From NCBI GenBank assembly GCA_040143965.1, contig JASJQH010000054.1, forward strand, positions 1 to 37,179: a stretch of DNA of 37,179 nt, in the 5' to 3' direction. The stretch's first letter is position 1. Each line of letters begins with the position of its first letter. Positions 1-12,118 of the stretch are shown in pieces. The stretch comes from Basidiobolus ranarum (taxonomy: Eukaryota). The position numbers and the translations under genes were made by a program. Below the pieces are notes generated by a model. That model made no database searches. It saw nothing but the letters and a program-made list of their open reading frames with translations, and had not been told where the DNA came from.

Positions 1-174
1 GCTTTGCTCCAAAGCGGAAATTTTTGTGAAGCCACACAGATCGTTAGTACTTTCTTTTTAGGAAATATTGACCGAAAGTGATTGCTTTTGTATTTTTAAT
101 TAAACCATTCGAGGCAATTTAATCTACTTGAACTTATAAGCCCAATCCATATACCATTAGTTCTGACCTGACTG

Positions 175-204
175 AGGGTAAGGGTAAGAGTAAGAGTAAG
201 GGAT
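175..204. repeat. Hexamer microsatellite (AGRGTA)x4-5
   Basis: agggta agggta agagta agagta agggat. Confidence 0.7.
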
Positions 205-1108
205 AGATAGGAGATGTCTAGGGACTCTTAATGGTATGATAATAACCCTGCTTTGAAACAGCCTCACATTAATACAAGACCGTGGAGTCACGAGTCACCT
301 TTGCAACATCGGTCACTTCAAACGTGTAATAGGTGTAATACTCGCGATCAACAGATCCTGTAATGACTTTTATATGTATTGTTACCAGTGTTACTACCAG
401 TTTAACTCACGCGGGCAATAGGTACGAAGGCAACAGGAACATATCACCCAGTAATGGACTCTGTAGAAGGCAGAGCTAATTCAAATACATTCTGAAAAGT
501 ACTGATACTAAATAACTGTCCACCCGCTCTAAACGCAGCACCAGTATTTGTACTCTTTCTTTCTATTTTCGATAGCACCCCTTAATTACTGATTTCCTTT
601 GCTATAAAGTAGGGAACATACCTCGTACTGAGGGATATCTCTCCTGAAACATGTCTAATTAGTGTTTACATCTCAACCCATCCAATCATAATCGATGTCT
701 TGATTTCATTAAGAGTACGACGAAATGCTAGTCATGCTGCGCCTTAGTTTGATCACAATTTGTTCACCAACTGATAGCTTCTATATCCTATTGACACTAT
801 GTAATGTATCAATTGATGGCTACATAATACATATATATGTACCTCCCACTATTTACCAAATGGAGATCGGGTGTACCAACACGGGTTAATTACCGATAAA
901 TCTAGTCACACAACCGAACACTTGGGGAGGCAGTCAGTACGAATCGCAAGAGAAGAAATACAAAGAAATGGGGAAAACTCTGCCTCAACAAAATCCCTTC
1001 ATTGCCAATGCTAATCAGTGAATATTAGTCAACAATACAAAATCATATTTATACAGAAATTATAAGGTACAGAGAGATAAAGCGAGGGTGAAAGGGTACA
1101 TCTAAGAA

Positions 1109-2383
1109 TTAAATTAAGGATGTGTATCTAAGGTAGCGAGGGAAGGTATTTTGGTACATCAGGAGATGAATTTCCCATTCAGCCCGGGCAAACATGTTCA
1201 ACGAGAGTTCTCCCGATTCAAATTGCCTTGTTAGCTCCTGTATTGTCGCAGAAGAAAGATTTACCTGAAATTCTGACTTGGGATTGATGAAAGTCTGGAA
1301 CATAGAATTAAGTTCGTTGCGTGTTTTGTTGGTAAGATTCTTTCCTGGTAATCGAGTATTACTTGTGTGAGAGGTTCGGAGCTTTTTACAACGTTCATAA
1401 AACAATGGATTCTCTACGCTAAAATCTTTGATGGTGAAGGCTTTGAAATCCTCAAATAATATCGGATCCGATAGAATTTGATCAAATACTTGGGTGTTTT
1501 TGGCATTAGCTCTAGCTTGTCGAGACTTTCTTAGTTCATAAATGGGATAAATCACAAAGAGAATGTGAATTAGGACCAAGGTGATCGCTCCCCACACGTA
1601 AGCAGCAAAAGTCTTCTCCACAACACGTAGAGATGGAAGAAACCAGAAAACTAGATAGAGAAAGAACCCGACCATTGAGATGATCCCCACCGAAATCAAT
1701 TCTTTACGAATCCCGTAGACATCATCAATTCCCCAGAACCAATACAGCAACACAGGCACTCCCAGGAATAAATAGATAATCAGGGATCCTATGAAGGGAT
1801 AGTATTCCCAACCCATAAGGCACTCTCCACCAGGAATGAGTGCAGGTGACATGGGGGATATAGTGTTAACTACCGCAGTGATTCCCAGATGCAATAACAG
1901 AAATGCTGACAATGTTTCAATGATGCGCGATGTAGTAAATAAATGGCGATATTTACAATACCAGGTCTCTTTGATGTTCATATTCCTTTGGGCACCCATA
2001 AATGATTCTTCCGATAATTCAATCCCGTAGCCGCACTCAATTTCTTCCGTTATAGATTCTAGCTTTGCTTCCAAGTATATGGATTTATGGTATCTCCCAA
2101 GGAAAATCAAACGAATGAGTTTACCCAATATAGTAAGGACCAGAAGCGGGAAAACCAAAGATGGAATCCATAATCTTGCAATACAAGAAGTAATAGGCCT
2201 GGCTAGCTTGTATAAAAGGTACCCGATCAATACGGAGTTGAACAGTGCAAATAAGCAAGTTAAACTGACAGAACGATGTTGAATGGTTGGTTCATGACGG
2301 TATTGTATAAAGAAATACAAAGATATTATGGTGATAACAAGCCAGACACTGAACGCAGATAGAACGATCCAAAAAACATCCAT
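1109..2383 (-). CDS. 7-transmembrane receptor fused to a C-terminal RGS domain (GprK/AtRGS1-like architecture), 424 aa, intronless
   Basis: First ATG at 2383 (MDVFWIV); the ORF track's TTG extension overlaps a TATAAAA at ~2464-2458. Seven hydrophobic segments are followed by RGS hallmarks: FDQILSDP..FEDFK.F..KDFSVEN.LFY, FI...SEFQVNLS, and F.RAE.EI..LM..NTFPRYL. Confidence 0.88.
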   Translation of the reverse strand: MDVFWIVLSAFSVWLVITIISLYFFIQYRHEPTIQHRSVSLTCLFALFNSVLIGYLLYKLARPITSCIARLWIPSLVFPLLVLTILGKLIRLIFLGRYHKSIYLEAKLESITEEIECGYGIELSEESFMGAQRNMNIKETWYCKYRHLFTTSRIIETLSAFLLLHLGITAVVNTISPMSPALIPGGECLMGWEYYPFIGSLIIYLFLGVPVLLYWFWGIDDVYGIRKELISVGIISMVGFFLYLVFWFLPSLRVVEKTFAAYVWGAITLVLIHILFVIYPIYELRKSRQARANAKNTQVFDQILSDPILFEDFKAFTIKDFSVENPLFYERCKKLRTSHTSNTRLPGKNLTNKTRNELNSMFQTFINPKSEFQVNLSSATIQELTRQFESGELSLNMFARAEWEIHLLMYQNTFPRYLRYTSLI

Positions 2384-3672
2384 TGTGGTCAATGATGCAT
2401 ATACACAAAAAGGAGAAATGCTAAACAAACGATTGCTCAACGATGGGGGAAGACGATTTTTATAGTGGAGCGAGTTACTTGTATTACCGGCCAATTGTGC
2501 TAACTTTCACGTATTTCCCACCATGATTTCAAAGGTACTTTCACGGTCCTGACTGAGGTGACAGAGAGCGAAGTTAGAAGGTAAATCCAATGAACATCCT
2601 ATAAATATAGGGACTGTGCTACGTCCAGCGTCCAAGATGTGTCTCCTACTCAACATTATTTACTGGAGGGAGTATGACACAGAAGTTACACTGTGGATGA
2701 TAACCTGTATCGGTAATGTATATATCATGATTTTCAAATGCTTGAACTAGCACTTCTACAGGACCATGTGTTAGAATCATCTGATATTTAGTATCGAAAT
2801 GTTATTCAAGTTTTAAATCTAACCCATCACCTTAGCTCCCGCTGAGGCTGATATATTTCTCATATCCTTTCACGTGAGAATCACGAAAGAGAATAGTGGA
2901 TTTTGGTAAGACAATTCCCTTTTCAAACGTTCGTGTCACTGGTGGTAGGAAAGCAAGACCTTGAAATCAGATTAGCATTGCAGTTACTTACTCTGATCAC
3001 CAACACAGTAACTGTATTCTATATACGTACAAAGTTAATAATGTGGGAAATGGTGATGAGGTATTCTAGAATCAATTGTTTTGCAATAAAATTGATTTTA
3101 GGATAAATACCTTGGTTGAGCCATTTTACAAGTGTATATCTCTTGCATTTACTTGGAAATTATCTACCTCTGATTCATTCTCTAAAATCACTAACTATAA
3201 AGTTAGAGTAAGATGTGTAGATCAATATTCATCAACATCCTGCACTGGTTTCTTGACAAACCTGGTGATTGATCAAGTAATTTTTTGCCAAGTGTCATGT
3301 GATCGAACAATCCACGATCTACTTCGACTAAGTAGCATTATGCTCAGAAAATTTATAAAAAAAATACACAAAGGAATCTTTGTTTTGTTTACGAATTGAA
3401 TGTATCCACTACTTTCTAAACTCCTATTGGTTGAGAATTGTTATTGTTGACATCTAATATTGGTTAAAAATTCACTCATCGTTTAAGATACTCCACTACA
3501 TCGAATTCTTTTCTCTTCAGTAGCTTGTGTTAAGTCTAGTTAGTACTGTAAAGAGAGACTCGCTAACTATTTCCTTCTGATATTTCTTTCCTGTTATATT
3601 CTCAGTTATCATTTCCTATTTTTTCTTGTCTACCTGTTTTCATTCCATCAATATCATATAGCTTCGTCAAAT

Positions 3673-6600
3673 ATGTCACGACCCGAAACACCTAACTCTG
3701 TAGATACACACCTAGGCCAAGGTCGTCGTCCAGGGGAATTGAGGCGAAAGGCAGATAACCGCGATCAAATTGAAAGAGAAAGTAACGTCCAAGTCATCGT
3801 AAGATGCAGGTATATCGGTATACTTGAGTTCAATGTATCGAAGAGATGCTAACATATTTTACAACTAATAGAGGACGTAACGAATCAGAACTTCGTGAAA
3901 ATTCACCTCTTGTCGTCAATACTACTGGTAAAGAAGTACAAGTCAGACTCGGCTCAGGCGACAAAAATACTAGAACCTACGCTTTCGATCGAGTATTTAG
4001 CTCCGATACTGATCAAGAACATTTATACAACAGCATTGTCGAACCATTTCTCGGGGAGGTTTTAAATGGCTATAATTGTACAATCTTTGCATATGGCCAA
4101 ACCGGAACTGGTAAAACCTATACCATGGAAGGAAACATGGACGAAGTGAACCATTCATTTACAGAGGAAGCTGGTATTATTCCTCGTACACTTTTTAACC
4201 TGTTTGAAAGATTGGAGATGGAAAATGCGGAGTATTCTGTTCGTCTTTCATTTGTGGAATTATATAATGAAGAGTTGAAAGACCTTCTTGGACCTGAAGA
4301 TGATAGCAAAAAACTCCGTCTTTTCGAAGATTCTTCTAAGAAAGGAACAGTTGTAATTCAAGGCCTTGAAGAGTTACATGTAAGCAGTGCCATGGATGGT
4401 ATAGGTCTACTTCAAAAAGGCTCCGTTAGACGAAAGATTGCTGCGACTAATGATAATGATAAATCCAGTCGTTCGCACAGTGTATTCACTATTACCGTTC
4501 ACAGAAAGGAGTCAGTACTTGGTGGCGAAGATCTTCTTACCGTTGGAAAGCTCAATCTCGTAGATTTAGCAGGTTCAGAAAACATTGGTCGCTCCGGTGC
4601 CGAGAACAAGCGTGCCAGAGAAGCTGGCATGATCAATCAGAGTTTGTTAACATTAGGCAGAGTGATCAACTCTCTTGTAGAACGCTCTCCCCATATTCCT
4701 TATCGAGAGAGTAAATTGACTCGATTACTACAAGATTCTCTTGGAGGTCGCACCAAAACTTGTATCATCGCCACCATCTCTCCAGCCAAATCCAATATAG
4801 ATGAAACACTGAGTACCCTTGAATATGCCAATAGAGCCAAGAGCATTAAGAACAAGCCTCAAGCTAATCAAAAGATGAGCAAGAAAGCTCTTATTAAAGA
4901 GTACATCACTGAAATTGAACGTCTCAAAACCGAACTGTCTGCAGCAAGAGAAAAGGATGGTGTTTATTTGCCCGTAGACGGCTACCAATCCTTACTGGAT
5001 GAAAATCAAGCCAAGGCTGATCAAATTTCGGAGCTCAATAAACGTATTGAATGTGTCCAACAACAATTGACACACTTGAAGGGTGAGTTCAAGCAGAAGA
5101 TGGGTATTCTAACTGACACAAAGATCAAGCTGGCAAATACAGAGGAGCAACTGAATTTCACTACTAAAAGTTTGTCAAGTACTACCAAAACTTTGGAAGA
5201 TACCAAGATATCCCTTGAGGAGCAAATAATCTTGACTCAAGCCCATGCTGAAACGGAAGAGAAACTCAACAGCATGGCCGCTGACCTCGTGGCAGTTTTA
5301 GAGAGTAGTATTGAAGATGTTCAAAACCTACATTCTAAAGTTGAAAGAAAGGAAGGAGTCGAAGCTGAAAATCGCTTACTCCTTCAATCGTTTCAGGAGA
5401 ATATTACATCACAAACTGATAAGCTTAACTCGGAAATATCACAATTTACTCAAACACAAATTGAGTTTGTTGACACTTGTGTCCAAAAGATGGATAGCTT
5501 TATCAACCAAAGAATCGAAAGTCTCCAGAGTAAACTACAATTGACCGATAGTACTCTTCAACAGTTGAATGAAAATTCTCAAGTAATTGATGAACATTCG
5601 AAAGCTCACCAAGTCACGTTGGAAACTCGCCATAATGAATTCGATACGTTCCGTCATGAAATTCAGAACTTCGTTCAACTCTTTACTGAAGAATTTCGTC
5701 AAACGTCCGGTCAACTTTTTGAAGATATGAAGAAGGAGCTTGGCAAACAAAAGGCACAAATTTTAAACGTATATCACAACATAGAAGGAGGTGTAGAATC
5801 AATTTTATCATCAACCAAATCCCATCTTGTGGTACAACAAGAGCATATTCAAACTTTTATGGAAACTGTGGATACTGCCACTACGGAAGAAATATCTCAA
5901 CTGAAGTTACAAATTCAACAACTCTCTGAAATATTAGAAGCTGATCGCATAAGCTCGGAAACAGACCAAGATACTTTGGTTCACAATATATCGTCATTGA
6001 TCGAAGAATTCTCCAATAGCCATGATCAAGGCTTCCAACAAATAATAGATTCTACCAAGACTGACAACTCCACCAACTCTAGTACCATCCAAAGCTTTGA
6101 GTCAGAATTCACAAACCGTACGAAAGCGGCTAATGTGGAAATAGAAGCACTTGTCCATACCATGGAGGAATCATCCACCAAAGCCACTGAAGAATTACAG
6201 TTGATGTCAGAATCTATTGAACAGCATCGTCAAAATTTGAATGCTGCATCCACACATATACACTCAACCTTGACCACACATGTCGAAGAGTTGAATACGG
6301 ACGTTAGTATGGGCTTAGAGAAGCTTGGTCAGGCCAATACTGAATCCTTGGAGTCATCACAGCAGTTTGTTAAGGATAGCAGAGAGTCTGTTGCCGAGCT
6401 CTCAGCTGCAGCATCCAAAGATTTACAATCATTGAAATCGTCTTTCAAAGATCTACACAAAGATTTATCAAAACATGAAAATGAACGCACCGCATTATTT
6501 ACTGAAAACCAAGACACCCTCAACACCTTCTACAATGATGCTTTCGAGCGACTTGTCGCATCCAAACGAGATATCAACTGCCTGGTGAACGAAAAGATCA

Positions 6601-6734
6601 AAATGGACATTTCCACAGGGCAAACACCAAAAAGACGCAGATATGATTTACCTCAAAAATGGAGATTGACCAAGCCAGATGACCAGATTTTACGTGAATA
6701 TCGTGAAAAACGCACCACCGAACTAGAAACGTAG
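3673..6734 (+). CDS. bimC: Kinesin-5 (BimC/Cut7/Eg5 family) spindle motor; join(3673..3809,3872..6734)
   Basis: Exon 1 ends NVQVIVRC-R with a GTATAT..CTAAC..TAG intron. Motor motifs YGQTGTGKT, SSRSH, LVDLAGSE, HIPYRESKLTRLLQDSLGG, then a long coiled coil and the C-terminal BimC box TGQTPKRR. Confidence 0.95.
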
Positions 6735-7273
6735 ATTTTTTTTGTATATTTGCTTAATTGAATAAATATTTTGTTTTAATTTCATTGAATGGTGTCCATT
6801 GTTACTTTTCGTAATGAACCACAACTGTTAGTATTCTCTGATCAGCATGAATGGTCCATGTCCGACATTCGAATCTCACAGCGTCTGCATATAATCCTGT
6901 TAACAATTCCGAACAGGAAAGATCGTCGAGCTTGATATAGATTTTGGTAAAGAGTTGTCCAATGTTCCTACTTCTTATTCGCAGTGAAGTACTTAATTAT
7001 AGTTGTTACTTTCGTAGATCGATCAATAATAACGGTACATTTAGAAAGAACCAATTAACCAGTTCCATACTAATACTTTACTGGCTTTTGATTGGTTAAT
7101 ACGCGGGCTCATGGCACGTAGCAACAACTGTTTTGAGGCTACGTATCATGAATATCACCTGACTTTACAGGCCAGTGGCTAGCTCATTCGAGATAAATAT
7201 TCACCGATCTAACTAAAGCTAAAGCTCACTAACTCCAGTTGGGAAATACCATACCCACAAAGTCGTGTTCGCA

Positions 7274-8023
7274 ATGCAACTTCCTGTTATCTTAAAAACA
7301 CCGGCTGTCGCCATTTTGGGTGAAAAATGCTACGTTGAATTGGTAGAAAACCTTAATATTACTGATGTTCCCTGTTTGAAGTATGCTGTCTCTAAGGGAT
7401 TAGGTTTCGGTATCGTCGCTGGAGGTTCCATCGTCAAAGTCCCACAGATTTTAAAGATCACCCAAGCTCGTTCTGCACAAGGCTTGAGTTTATCTTCATA
7501 TATTTTGGAAACTTTTGCCTATCTAGTAACCTTAGCCTACAACTTGAGAGCTGGAAATCCCTTTAGTACTTTTGGAGAAAGTTTCTTCATCACCATTCAA
7601 GATGTCATCATTCTGGCGCTGATCCTTTTCTACGGTAAAAATGCCTTGGGCTCTGTCTTAGCCATTGTTACTTGTGTTGTCGCATTTTATGCTTTGTACG
7701 ACACCTCACTTGTTAGTGAGAGTCAAATATCTTTACTTTACGCTGCTAATGTTCCTATTGTGCTCATGAGTCGCATTCCTCAGATTCTTTCCAACTACAA
7801 GAGTGGTCATACTGGTCAACTTTCAGCCTTTACTATTTTTAATTATTTTGCTGGGGCCGCCGCTCGAGTTTTCACCACCCTTCAAGAGGTGGACGACAAT
7901 ATTATGTTGGCAGGTTTCTTACTCAGTTCCATTGTTAACGGAATTCTTGCTCTGCAAATGGTTTACTACTGGAATGCTACCAGTAAACATGATTCAATCA
8001 AAAACAAGGCTAAGCTTGTTTAA
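7274..8023 (+). CDS. MPDU1: Mannose-P-dolichol utilization defect 1 (MPDU1/Lec35) PQ-loop membrane protein
   Basis: SKGLGFGIVAGGSIVKVPQILKI, FSTFGESFF, a second PQ loop (RIPQILSNYKSGHTGQLSAFT) and ARVFTTLQEVDD. First ATG at 7274. Confidence 0.93.
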   Translation: MQLPVILKTPAVAILGEKCYVELVENLNITDVPCLKYAVSKGLGFGIVAGGSIVKVPQILKITQARSAQGLSLSSYILETFAYLVTLAYNLRAGNPFSTFGESFFITIQDVIILALILFYGKNALGSVLAIVTCVVAFYALYDTSLVSESQISLLYAANVPIVLMSRIPQILSNYKSGHTGQLSAFTIFNYFAGAAARVFTTLQEVDDNIMLAGFLLSSIVNGILALQMVYYWNATSKHDSIKNKAKLV

Positions 8024-8307
8024 CACGCCAGTGGCTCGTAAAATCCTTCAATTGGTTATCTCCACATATAATTTATGTTTAATCGCACACAATAAATTCG
8101 GATTTATACATTATAGATAATTTTATAAATGTGTGCGTTCACCAGCTCCTCTTCTATCGAAGCGTTGAGTGCCTTGAACAATCGCATAATAAAAGTAAGA
8201 AGTTGCCACCTTGGAGCTCGAGTAACTTTGATAAGACTTATGGTGCTTAGAATTCGATCAATATGTGTTATAAAAACATCACTTTAGATCGAGTAAATTT
8301 TTTTTAT

Positions 8308-8321
8308 ATGGATTGATTGGC
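8308..8321 (+). promoter_or_regulatory. ATGGATTGATTGGC element (contains a reverse CCAAT box) upstream of RPL9
   Basis: An identical 14-mer lies at 28089-28102 upstream of RPL39. Here it is followed by a pyrimidine tract at 8362-8380. Confidence 0.55.
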
Positions 8322-8408
8322 TGGCTCAGAGAACTGGTACAAATGGGACTGACTTGAAGAACTATTCTTCCTCTTTTTTCCATTTGCGCCTATTTCCCTT
8401 AACTTGCG

Positions 8409-8517
8409 GTTAGTATCCATTTATTGTTTAGAACCATCCATGTAAATCTGTAGTATATCTGGCAGACAGGTGACGCGGACACTCTTTAACGTGAGGACTA
8501 ACTGTATGTAATTTCAG
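8409..8517 (+). other. Probable 5'-UTR intron of RPL9
   Basis: GTTAGT donor at 8409, GACTAAC branch point at 8496-8502, TTTCAG acceptor ending 8517, 15 nt before the ATG. Confidence 0.6.
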
Positions 8518-8532
8518 GGATAATTGTACAAG

Positions 8533-9163
8533 ATGAAAGACATCTACAAGGAGGAAGAAATCACCATCCCCGAGGGAGTTACCGTCGATGTGAAGGCCAA
8601 GGCTGTTCGTGTGAAGGGTCCTCGTGGTACTCTTACCAAGAACTTCAGCCACGTTGAAATGGAAATCAAGAAGGTCGCTGAGAACAAGATCAGACTTGTT
8701 GTATGGCACGGTGCTCGTAAGCATGTTGCTTGCCTTCGTACCATTGCTTCCCACATTGTGAACATGATCACTGGTGTCACCAAGGTAAATACACTAGCTA
8801 TCTCCACATCGTTGGGCACACTTATTAATGGTTGAATGTCATTAGGGTTTCCTTTACAAGATGCGCTTCGTATATGCCCATTTCCCCATCAATGTCAACA
8901 TTTCTGATGATGCCAAGGATGTCGAGATCCGTAACTTCTTGGGTGAGAAGGTTATTCGTCGTGTCAAGATGTTGGAAGGTGTTACCATTCAACACTCTGA
9001 GGCTCAAAAGGATGAGATCATTCTCTCTGGTAACTCCATTGACAATGTCTCCCAATCCGCCGCCAGCATCCAACAATCCACCAGAGTTAAGAACAAGGAT
9101 ATCCGTAAGTTCTTGGATGGTATCTACGTTTCCGAAAAGACCCACATTGTCCAAGACGAATAA
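8533..9163 (+). CDS. RPL9: 60S ribosomal protein L9 (uL6); join(8533..8784,8846..9163)
   Basis: [54 protein letters not shown]. The GT-AG intron keeps the frame. Confidence 0.97.
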
Positions 9164-9358
9164 ATGTTTCGATTCTCCAATTGATGCATGTCTCGAACAA
9201 TAAATAAACCTTTTTACTTTTCTCAATTCATTCGAAGCGTAATTTTTATTATTTATAATACGATCAGATATTAAATGCTGAAGAGTTGTACATGGTGGGC
9301 AATTGGCTGTTCTATTAAGTAGTAATTGGAAAGGGATTTAGGATTGTGTCTCTCCTGT

Positions 9359-9986
9359 CTATTCCTCCATTTGATCATCATTCTCCTCGTCGACCTCATT
9401 ATCGTCATCATCATCATCGCGAGGAAGCGTTTTTTTGACTAATTGAATCAACTCCTCCAAACGTTCTTGAGAGAATCTCTCCTCACATTCCTCAATCAAC
9501 TGCATTGTTGGGATGGAATTGTTTTAGTATGGATTAGGGTTAGGGTTAGGTAAAAGCACCATGTAAAAATCAGCCTACCAAATGGATTTCTACAGCTGAA
9601 CGTGGTCGTAGGTTAAGGATTTGCAACTTTTCAGCTCGTGTAAGTCCATAACTCTTGACAGCTTCAAGGAAATTGGTGAGTTGCTCTTGAGATTGAGTAG
9701 CGCATGCTGTTTCTCCTAAGAATTGAAGAACCTTGAAAACAATAAAGTTAGCGAGGATCAAGGTATTAATTCTATGAAGATAATATAGATTGAAGGGTTT
9801 TGCGGTTGTTCCTTCTGGGGCTTCAATAAGCAATTTACACCATCAACTAACCTCGAATTCAACAGTAAGTAAGTTTTCGGGAAGCTTGTGTTGAGCCTGT
9901 TGTTTACGTTCAGTTTCTTGTTCTTTCAATAAGGACAATACTTCGAAATTACTTAAAAGAGCGGAACGAGTTTCAACAATCTCCAT
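9359..9986 (-). CDS. RPC17: RNA polymerase III subunit C17 (RPC17/RPC9/CRCP, Rpb4 family); join(9986..9852,9731..9579,9499..9359)
   Basis: Spliced translation MEIVETRSALLSNFEVLSLL...[32 protein letters not shown] plus an acidic tail. Both introns are phase 0 and GT-AG. Confidence 0.9.
9534..9550 (+). repeat. (TTAGGG)2 TTAGG telomere-like repeat inside RPC17 intron 2
   Basis: ttagggttagggttagg read directly. Confidence 0.8.
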
Positions 9987-10313
9987 ATTTTAGTGAATTA
10001 TGGTACACTTGCTCTACTCACAGACCTAGCGTAAGGTAAAAAAAGTACACGCGACGGATAATTATCTCATAATATTGATTGATTTTCATTTGGTTCAAGC
10101 AGTTAGTGAAAAGTGTTGGATTGAGAAAAAAAAAGATCTCGAAACAGTAGTAAACTAGTCAACCTTGAATATCTTATGAAGATGATTCATAATTCGGATT
10201 AAAATGGTATTTTTTATAGGCATACCGATGATTCCTTAAATACACTGACAAAAAATTGTTGCTCATTTACAAAGCAATAATTTAGAGAACAAGAAACTCT
10301 GCTTGGTATTACT

Positions 10314-11406
<1,093 letters not shown>

Positions 11407-11825
11407 GAAAATATTAGAAAGCATATTATATTCAGTAAATAAACATTGAGCCATCTGAATGCTAATTTAGCACAGAGGGATTATAGGGCCATGACCAAAT
11501 GTGATGTTTACCAACACAATCAATTTGTGAAGAAAAAGTAAAGATGTTCAAGAGAACGGTAAGCAAAAACAATGATTCCGCATTTAGTGCGCCTATCAAC
11601 ACTATTTTAGTCACCGCCATATGTATGTTTGGGAGATAGCCCGATGTGATCAGTAGCTTAGATCTATTAATAACTTGAATTTTATTGAGTCTTGTCGAAT
11701 TCTTGTCATTGATGCAAACTGAACACACCGTTAATTCGTTACATCATAGTTCACACGAATATTTTGAACCAAGCAATGTTAGACAGCGCTTGAACGTTGC
11801 TTTGACATGCAAATCCGGGTATACC

Positions 11826-11861
11826 AGCTTGGTGGAAAGCTTGATGGAAAGCTTGGTGGAA
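11826..11861. repeat. 12-bp tandem repeat AGCTTGRTGGAA x3
   Basis: Three adjacent copies with one mismatch. Confidence 0.9.
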
Positions 11862-12118
11862 ATGAGCAATTTAAGGAGCCATTTTAAGGTAATCCAGAAC
11901 ATTTCTAGTGTTGTCATGACCAAAAAGGTTAAAAATGATAGCATCATTGCGATATGGTTAGCTTGATAACATTGCCTTGGTCAAAAATTACCACTACTTG
12001 TCGTCAGAGGAGCCAAGCTCACAGTACTCTCAGTCATCAATAGCAAACATGTAAGAGTCAAGTATGTTGAGTAACACAACGCCAATAAATTGTATAGCAT
12101 CAGCTATTTCAACATGTA

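Noticed and set aside
2507-2524. ATG in frame with the 7TM-RGS gene (MVGNT*)
   Set aside because: It stops after five codons and lies upstream of the likely TATA box, so it is neither the start nor a likely uORF.
2862-2870. ATATCCTTT U12 donor-like motif
   Set aside because: Intergenic, with no matching branch point, AC acceptor or coding context.
2903-3399. Two short plus-strand ORFs between the RGS and kinesin genes
   Set aside because: Non-ATG starts, composition like AT-rich intergenic DNA, and no motifs.
8428-9226. Several antisense and alternate-frame ORFs over RPL9 (similar ones over PUF6, uL11m, HSP20 and kinesin)
   Set aside because: Shadow ORFs caused by codon bias in real genes; no recognisable motifs.
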